From positions 25,723 through 89,722 of the IMG/VR virus record IMGVR_UViG_2905444465_000001: 64,000 bases of DNA. One strand, given 5' to 3'. The notes beneath the pieces were generated by a model. It saw only the letters and a program-made list of their open reading frames with translations, ran no database searches and was not told where the DNA came from. Of this stretch, positions 60,101 through 64,000 are shown piece after piece. The position numbers were made by a program, and so were the translations under genes. Origin of the DNA: a virus. Its lineage: Duplodnaviria; Caudoviricetes. Within the stretch, counting starts at the first letter, position 1. The number at the start of each line of letters is the position of its first letter.

Positions 60101-61280
60101 TCAAAGTATTGCTGAAGGTCACAGTAGAGGTTTTTCCTCCAATAAGGGTCACGGTCTGGGTTTTCTGCGGCTCATAACGGTCAATGGACTGTTCTGTGAC
60201 GGTATAAGTGCCAGGGAATAATCCCTCCACGGAGACAGAGCCGTCCTTTCCTGTCTTAACTGTCTTATTGAAGTTATCACCTTTGATTGTAAAAGAGATA
60301 CCCTCCACAACTCCGTCCTCAGAAGTCTTTTTGAGGGCAATCGTGCCTGTCGGCGTTTCGATATTGATATATGCAGACACGGTATCAGCATTCTCCACAC
60401 CTGTTACCAAATCCTGCAAGTTCGGGTCGCCATAGGCAATGAGCTTTGCACTGCTGCTGACAGTCGGCACATTGTTCCTCTTTGCCGTAATGCGGACAGA
60501 ACCGCTGATAGCTACGGTGGAGCTGATTGTCAGCTTATTTCCAGACTTCGATACACTCACATTGCTGTCAGAGCTTGAAAAGCTGTAATCGGAAAGGACG
60601 CCGTTGCTGTCCGTCAATGTGATGCTGTACTTTCCGTCCTTGTAGGCAAGCTCCTTTGTGATGTCATTCTTACCGCCCGACATAAAGCTCGGAATGGTGT
60701 TATGCTCACGCAGCATTGCAACAATCTGGTCATACACTGCCCTTGCTCCGCTGTTGGCATAATTTGAACCGAAGTGCAGGCTGTAAACGGTGGTGCTTGT
60801 CTGGTTATATGAGCCTGTGGCTTCACGGCAGCCTGTGACAAACTCCCATACGAGGGTCTGCGTGGCAAGCCATTTTTCATCATCACTTCCCGACAGATTA
60901 TTTCGGTTGCCCTGATACCCATAGAGCAGGGCAAGTCCAACCGCCTTTTTCTGATTGGCTGAAAGGGCGTTCCAAGTATCAGAGGAAGCCTTTTTCAAGG
61001 TGTTTCCTGTTTTCAGCGGTACTCCCGGCTGAATACAAAATGCATTCTCTCCGTCCACAAACATACGGTACTTGTAATTTCCCGTTCCGCCTGCGGTATA
61101 GCCGCCGATATTCGCACTGGAATTGTACCTCATCGCATTACCGTTGCTGTCATAGGTGTGGGAAAAGGAAATCGTCCCGATGTCACCCGCAGCAAACGCC
61201 GTCGCAGGCATTATGGATAATGCCGTGACCGCAGCCATTACAAAAGCCGCAGCCTTTTTGAATAATTTAGGGATTTTCAT
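57138..61280 (-). CDS. Sortase-anchored adhesin with putative thioester domain and SpaA/Cna-B repeats
   Basis: Signal peptide, AFCIQPG and LATQTLVWE (TED-like), repeated K.D/LAGAVF/YTVTE..AP.GY Ig domains, TPKTGD plus TM plus basic tail. Confidence 0.88.
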   Translation of the reverse strand: MKIPKLFKKAAAFVMAAVTALSIMPATAFAAGDIGTISFSHTYDSNGNAMRYNSSANIGGYTAGGTGNYKYRMFVDGENAFCIQPGVPLKTGNTLKKASSDTWNALSANQKKAVGLALLYGYQGNRNNLSGSDDEKWLATQTLVWEFVTGCREATGSYNQTSTTVYSLHFGSNYANSGARAVYDQIVAMLREHNTIPSFMSGGKNDITKELAYKDGKYSITLTDSNGVLSDYSFSSSDSNVSVSKSGNKLTISSTVAISGSVRITAKRNNVPTVSSSAKLIAYGDPNLQDLVTGVENADTVSAYINIETPTGTIALKKTSEDGVVEGISFTIKGDNFNKTVKTGKDGSVSVEGLFPGTYTVTEQSIDRYEPQKTQTVTLIGGKTSTVTFSNTLKRGSLEIVKTSEDNLVEGMKFHLYGTSLSGLPVDEYAVTDKNGLAKFENVLISGDTPYVVEEVDTAVRYVVPASQTAPIEWNKVTKRSFDNVLKKFQVTVTKTDAETGSPQGDASLAGAVYGIYKGEELIDTYTTDENGQFTTKYYICDNDWTVREISPSEGYLLDTAIHKVGAEPELYTVELNSTANDVNEQVIKGNIAIIKHTDNGETQIETPEEGAVFEVFLKSAGSYENAKETERDVLTCDENGFAQTKDMPYGIYTVRQTSGWEGRELMKDFDVFISKDGQTYRYLINNANFESYIKIVKKDVETGNTIPYAGAGFQIYDPNGNLVTMTFTYPEVTTIDTFYTTADGDLITPQTLEYGKGYSLVEVQAPYGYVLNSEPIYFDVVQENSEEESGITVIEVVRSNMAQKGTITVEKSGEVFSSVAGDKGLYQPIFSVRGLEGAVYEITAAEDIVTLDGTVRAKKGEVVDTVTTGKDGTAKSKELYLGKYEVKEITAPYGMVLNEEVHSVELVYAGQNVDVTETGTSFYNERQRVEIDLIKSLAIDEAYGIGKNGEIFDVTFGLYAAEELTAADGKTIPADGLIEVISLDESGHGKAISDLPMGSYYVQEITTNSTYIVSDAKYPVIFEYAGQDTETVRITANEGEAITNDIIYGSVSGKKSNEDGKALGGAVIGIFKTGTTEFTKENAIAATTSKDDGSFSFAKVPYGTWIIREIESPKGYVLSEEEIAVTIGKVDEVVEIELVNYFIKGNIALTKVDEDYPDNKLSGAVFEVYSDTNGDGKLDKDDTLLGEMKELDGGVYQMSELRYGKYLVKETKAPTGFVLDENVYSVSVEENGKTYTVENKAGVGFINAAQKGSLKIVKTSSDGKVEGFSFRVTGVDYDQTFKTDKNGEIVIEGLRIGDYTVSEVSDKASAGYILPADKQATVKVDATAIVQMHNEFRDTPKTGDDFNLGLWVSLAALSVVGAGVLGFVSYKNRKKKKED

Positions 61281-61468
61281 AGTTACCTCCTGTAATTTGG
61301 ATTGAATATTTTGCCTTACTGACCGAAAAAGCTGCCCGTTATGGACAGCTTAAAGTATTTCTTTTCTCGGATAGTTACTGGCAGTAGTTAGGGGGTGAGG
61401 TGTGGAGAGGGGGAAGCCAAAATAATGGCTATCCACTCAAAAAGGCAGACCTCGCCCTCGGTGTGTGG

Positions 61469-62416
61469 CTATCTCTCGTGAGCCTTGTTCCGCTGCAAGT
61501 GTCGGTTATAAAACTCCAACGCTTTGACAACAAAATCCGTTTCCTGCCCTCTGGGAACAGTCTTGGGAATGAGCTTGGTTATCCTCTCGTCACGGAAAGC
61601 AGATTTTTCCTTCTGGTTGGGCTTTTCTTCCTCCATAATGGACTGGATAACCTCGGAAGTGAGCTTGCCGTCTTGGTTATACTTCTTCATTTTGATAGCC
61701 TGTGCCAATGACGGGGTAGCATCGTTGTACTCCATTGCTTCAAGCAGGGTGTATTGCTGTTCCTCGGTCAGATAGGAAATTTCAACCGCAGGACGAAAAG
61801 CAATCTGCCTTTCATCTACCATTTGCAGGATTTCGGGCACAAGCTCCGTTAGACGGATATAGCGGAAGATTTGATTTTTGCTTTCACCGACTTTTTCGGC
61901 AAGTTCATCACTTGAAGTAGCGAACTCAGAATTATTACCCACTGGGGAATAATTTTCTTTTGCGGGTCTGCCTGCCTGTCGTTTCATAGCTTCCAACCGC
62001 ATTTTATACGCAAAGGCTTTTTCACTTGGTAGAATAACGGAGCGTTGGAGATTACTTTCCACCATCACAATAATGGCTTCGTCACGGGTAAGCTCTTTAA
62101 CCTCGCATTTCAGCGTTTCAAGCCCCGCAAGTTCACAAGCCTTTTTTCGCCTGTGACCGCTGATAAGCTCATACCGTCCGTCCTCTTTTAAGCGAACTGT
62201 CGCAGGGGTCATTACACCGTTTCGCTTGATACTCTCGACAAGCTGTTCCATATCCTCGTCCATTAAAACCTTGAACGGGTGGTCTGGAAACTCGTCAATC
62301 TCCGATATGGGAATATCCCTTATCTTAGAGAGCTTTGCTTCCTCACGGCTTTCGTCCGTTTGGAAAAGGTCATCGTATGCGGTCAGCTCGATTTTGGTTT
62401 CTCTGCTTCTCGCCAA
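61469..62416 (-). CDS. parB: ParB family partition protein
   Basis: FPDHPFKV, YELISGHRR, VESNLQRS; TTG start behind AAAGGAGG. Confidence 0.92.
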   Translation of the reverse strand: MARSRETKIELTAYDDLFQTDESREEAKLSKIRDIPISEIDEFPDHPFKVLMDEDMEQLVESIKRNGVMTPATVRLKEDGRYELISGHRRKKACELAGLETLKCEVKELTRDEAIIVMVESNLQRSVILPSEKAFAYKMRLEAMKRQAGRPAKENYSPVGNNSEFATSSDELAEKVGESKNQIFRYIRLTELVPEILQMVDERQIAFRPAVEISYLTEEQQYTLLEAMEYNDATPSLAQAIKMKKYNQDGKLTSEVIQSIMEEEKPNQKEKSAFRDERITKLIPKTVPRGQETDFVVKALEFYNRHLQRNKAHER

Positions 62417-63197
62417 TCTCTGCCACCTCCTTTCCTAACTGCTCATAGGCTGCGGCAACCTTGCCGCTTTTGTCGTAAGCAAAAATACTTTTGCCTTCTG
62501 CGGTAGCTTCCACCGCACGGATAGAATGAGGTATCTCGGTATCAAACACCTTGATTTTCTGACCGTATGCACTTTTGACCGTTGCCGTAATCTCCTTAGA
62601 AATGTTGGTACGGGGCATTACCATAGTCATTAAGATACCGTCTATCCGCAGCTTTGGATTGATTTGCCGCTTGACCATTGATACGGAGCGAAGCAAAAGC
62701 TCCAGACCTTTAGCCGAGAGATAGTGGGGCTGTGTCGGGATAATCACGCTGTCAGCCGCCGCCAGAGCATTGATGGTTATCATACCTAAGCTCGGCATAC
62801 AGTCAATAAGCACATAGTCGTAATTCTTTTTAACCTCATTGACATAGGTTTTCAGCACACGCTCACGGCTCATTGCATTGATTAGCCTTACCTCAAAGCC
62901 CGACATCTCAATGTTTGACGGAAGCAGGTCAACGCCCTCGCTATGGTGAATAATACCCTGTGAAACATCAAGCGTTTTATCGTCTATGATGTTCTGCATC
63001 ACAGTAGAAAGCGTTATGGGAATATCGTCTGGTCTGTTATAACCCAGAGCCATCGTGAGATTTGCCTGTGCATCGGCATCAATCAGCAGGACTTTTTTAC
63101 CCTGCTGTACCAGACTTACACCCAGATTGACCGCTGTGGTTGTTTTTCCGACACCGCCTTTCTGGTTAGTCAGAGCAATCACTTTGCAATTTGACAT
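62370..63197 (-). CDS. parA: ParA/Soj family ATPase
   Basis: NQKGGVGKTTT deviant Walker A, IDADAQAN, IDCMPSLG. Confidence 0.95.
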   Translation of the reverse strand: MSNCKVIALTNQKGGVGKTTTAVNLGVSLVQQGKKVLLIDADAQANLTMALGYNRPDDIPITLSTVMQNIIDDKTLDVSQGIIHHSEGVDLLPSNIEMSGFEVRLINAMSRERVLKTYVNEVKKNYDYVLIDCMPSLGMITINALAAADSVIIPTQPHYLSAKGLELLLRSVSMVKRQINPKLRIDGILMTMVMPRTNISKEITATVKSAYGQKIKVFDTEIPHSIRAVEATAEGKSIFAYDKSGKVAAAYEQLGKEVAEIGEKQRNQNRADRIR

Positions 63198-63322
63198 AGA
63201 TGCGTCCTCCTTTCGCATAGATTTAGCCACTTTGTCAAGGTGGCTATGTAAACAGTACCAGAGAACGCAAAAAAGCCGCCTACTCTTAAAATCAATAAGA
63301 ATAAGCGGCTTTGTAATTTGCC

Positions 63323-63502
63323 TTAGACATATTCAATTTTCATTCTCTTGGTCGGTGCATTTATGACCTTAAAAATAAGCTCGTCAACACAATCCGTATA
63401 TCTGCCTTGCTGAATGAGCTGACTTTTTAACTCTACAAGGCTATGTATCAAAAGTTTTCTTTCGTGGCTATCCAAATACAGATGATTAAATTTCTCTCTC
63501 AT
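63323..63502 (-). CDS. Small conserved ICE protein (paralog of 22706-22912)
   Basis: LYLDSHERKLLIHSL...VDELIFKVINAP; GGAGG RBS. Confidence 0.65.
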   Translation of the reverse strand: MREKFNHLYLDSHERKLLIHSLVELKSQLIQQGRYTDCVDELIFKVINAPTKRMKIEYV

Positions 63503-63616
63503 AAGCACACCTCCACTTCTTTAGCTTCATTATATTGGAAAGCAGGGGAAAGGACAAATCTGCAAAAAGGGACAAAAATAAGCGTACCACTGTTTTTAAT
63601 GATACGCTCATCATTA

Positions 63617-64000
63617 TTAAATTACCTCAAAATGCTTCAACGCATCCTTTATCGCTTCCACTTTCTCCGCTGTCGGATGCTTCCTCGGCTGTTTCAATTC
63701 TTCTACCGCATTAGGAGCATCATACATTGGCAAGCCTAAATCTCTCTTTACCTCTGCGATATATGCGGTATGTACTTTGAAGCCGTATTTAGCTTCTATG
63801 TACTCCTTTATCATTTTGTAGGTCACTCGTTCCTTGGGCTTGTACTCTTCGGCTCTTTTAGCGATATTATCAAGCGGAACTTTTCCCTCACCTTCGCCAA
63901 ACTCAACTTTTACGTTGATATGTCCGTCTGGCTTTTTGTGGGAAAGCAGTACTACCGTCTCGACAGTTGTTTCAGTTTCCAAGGGAAGTTCTTTCACTTC
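63617..64000 (-). CDS. 3' end of an ORF entering from outside the window, crossing the att site into a 111-aa ICE-encoded extension
   Basis: Frame open at window edge (EVKELPLETETTVETV|VLLSHKK...); pre-att part resembles the integrase end QEVRRLLWEKGNTVETV. Confidence 0.7.
   Translation of the reverse strand, partial: EVKELPLETETTVETVVLLSHKKPDGHINVKVEFGEGEGKVPLDNIAKRAEEYKPKERVTYKMIKEYIEAKYGFKVHTAYIAEVKRDLGLPMYDAPNAVEELKQPRKHPTAEKVEAIKDALKHFEVI
63930..63961. repeat. ICE att site (parA end): inner arm plus 9-bp core
   Basis: GGCTTTTTGTGGGAAA at 63930-63945 and TACCGTCTC at 63953-63961. Confidence 0.85.

Larger units (their letters stand above)
5416..63961 (-). mobile_element. Tn1549-like integrative conjugative element, ~58.5 kb including two nested elements
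   Basis: Complete conjugation, relaxase, partition and serine integrase modules; ends marked by direct repeat TACCGTCTC (5409-5417, 63953-63961) and inverted arms TTTCCCACAAAA(A)GCC (5432-5446, 63930-63945). Confidence 0.9.

Noticed and set aside
57138-61280. Adhesin repeats as a shufflon or diversity-generating target
   Set aside because: Repeats are diverged protein domains; no reverse transcriptase, template repeat or invertase sites seen
63617-63997. Stand-alone rumA/RNA methyltransferase gene
   Set aside because: No methyltransferase motifs in the window; it is an att-crossing C-terminal extension

Overview
The window is almost entirely mobile DNA from a low-GC Gram-positive (Firmicutes) genome, arranged in tandem and nested layers. 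(1) 1-~5415 looks like the remnant of a prophage-like element: a RelBE-type toxin-antitoxin (TA) pair, a portal-protein N-terminus fused in frame to the C-terminal half of a serine recombinase, two further serine recombinase genes, and a Panacea (DUF4065) gene paired with a membrane-protein gene. (2) ~5416-63961 is a ~58.5 kb Tn1549-like integrative conjugative element (ICE) on the minus strand. It encodes ParA/ParB, a sortase-anchored adhesin, a giant methylase/SNF2 helicase, a Toprim protein, MobC/relaxase, VirD4/VirB2/VirB6/PrgI/VirB4/SrtB/VirB1, a two-component system plus ABC transporter, a sigma-like regulator, an orphan MazF/PemK and a serine integrase. It is bounded by a 9-bp direct repeat and inverted arms. 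(3) The helicase gene is interrupted twice at GA dinucleotides: by a 12.16 kb mobilizable element carrying tet(O)-tet(40) (29977-42134) and by a 6.34 kb Tn4451/Tn4453-like catP transposon (42807-49150). Removing both restores one 2587-aa ORF. (4) The right edge seems to be the integrase end of another tandem element. The most unusual items are a stand-alone proteasome-beta-like Ntn hydrolase with an N-terminal Ser on a direct-repeat-flanked cassette that shares its promoter with catP, a TnpV gene overprinted inside the helicase ORF, integrase C-termini that change with integration state, a Panacea/membrane-protein pair, and a recurrent basic C-terminal '-ER' tail. All family assignments come from motif recognition by eye; no database search was run.
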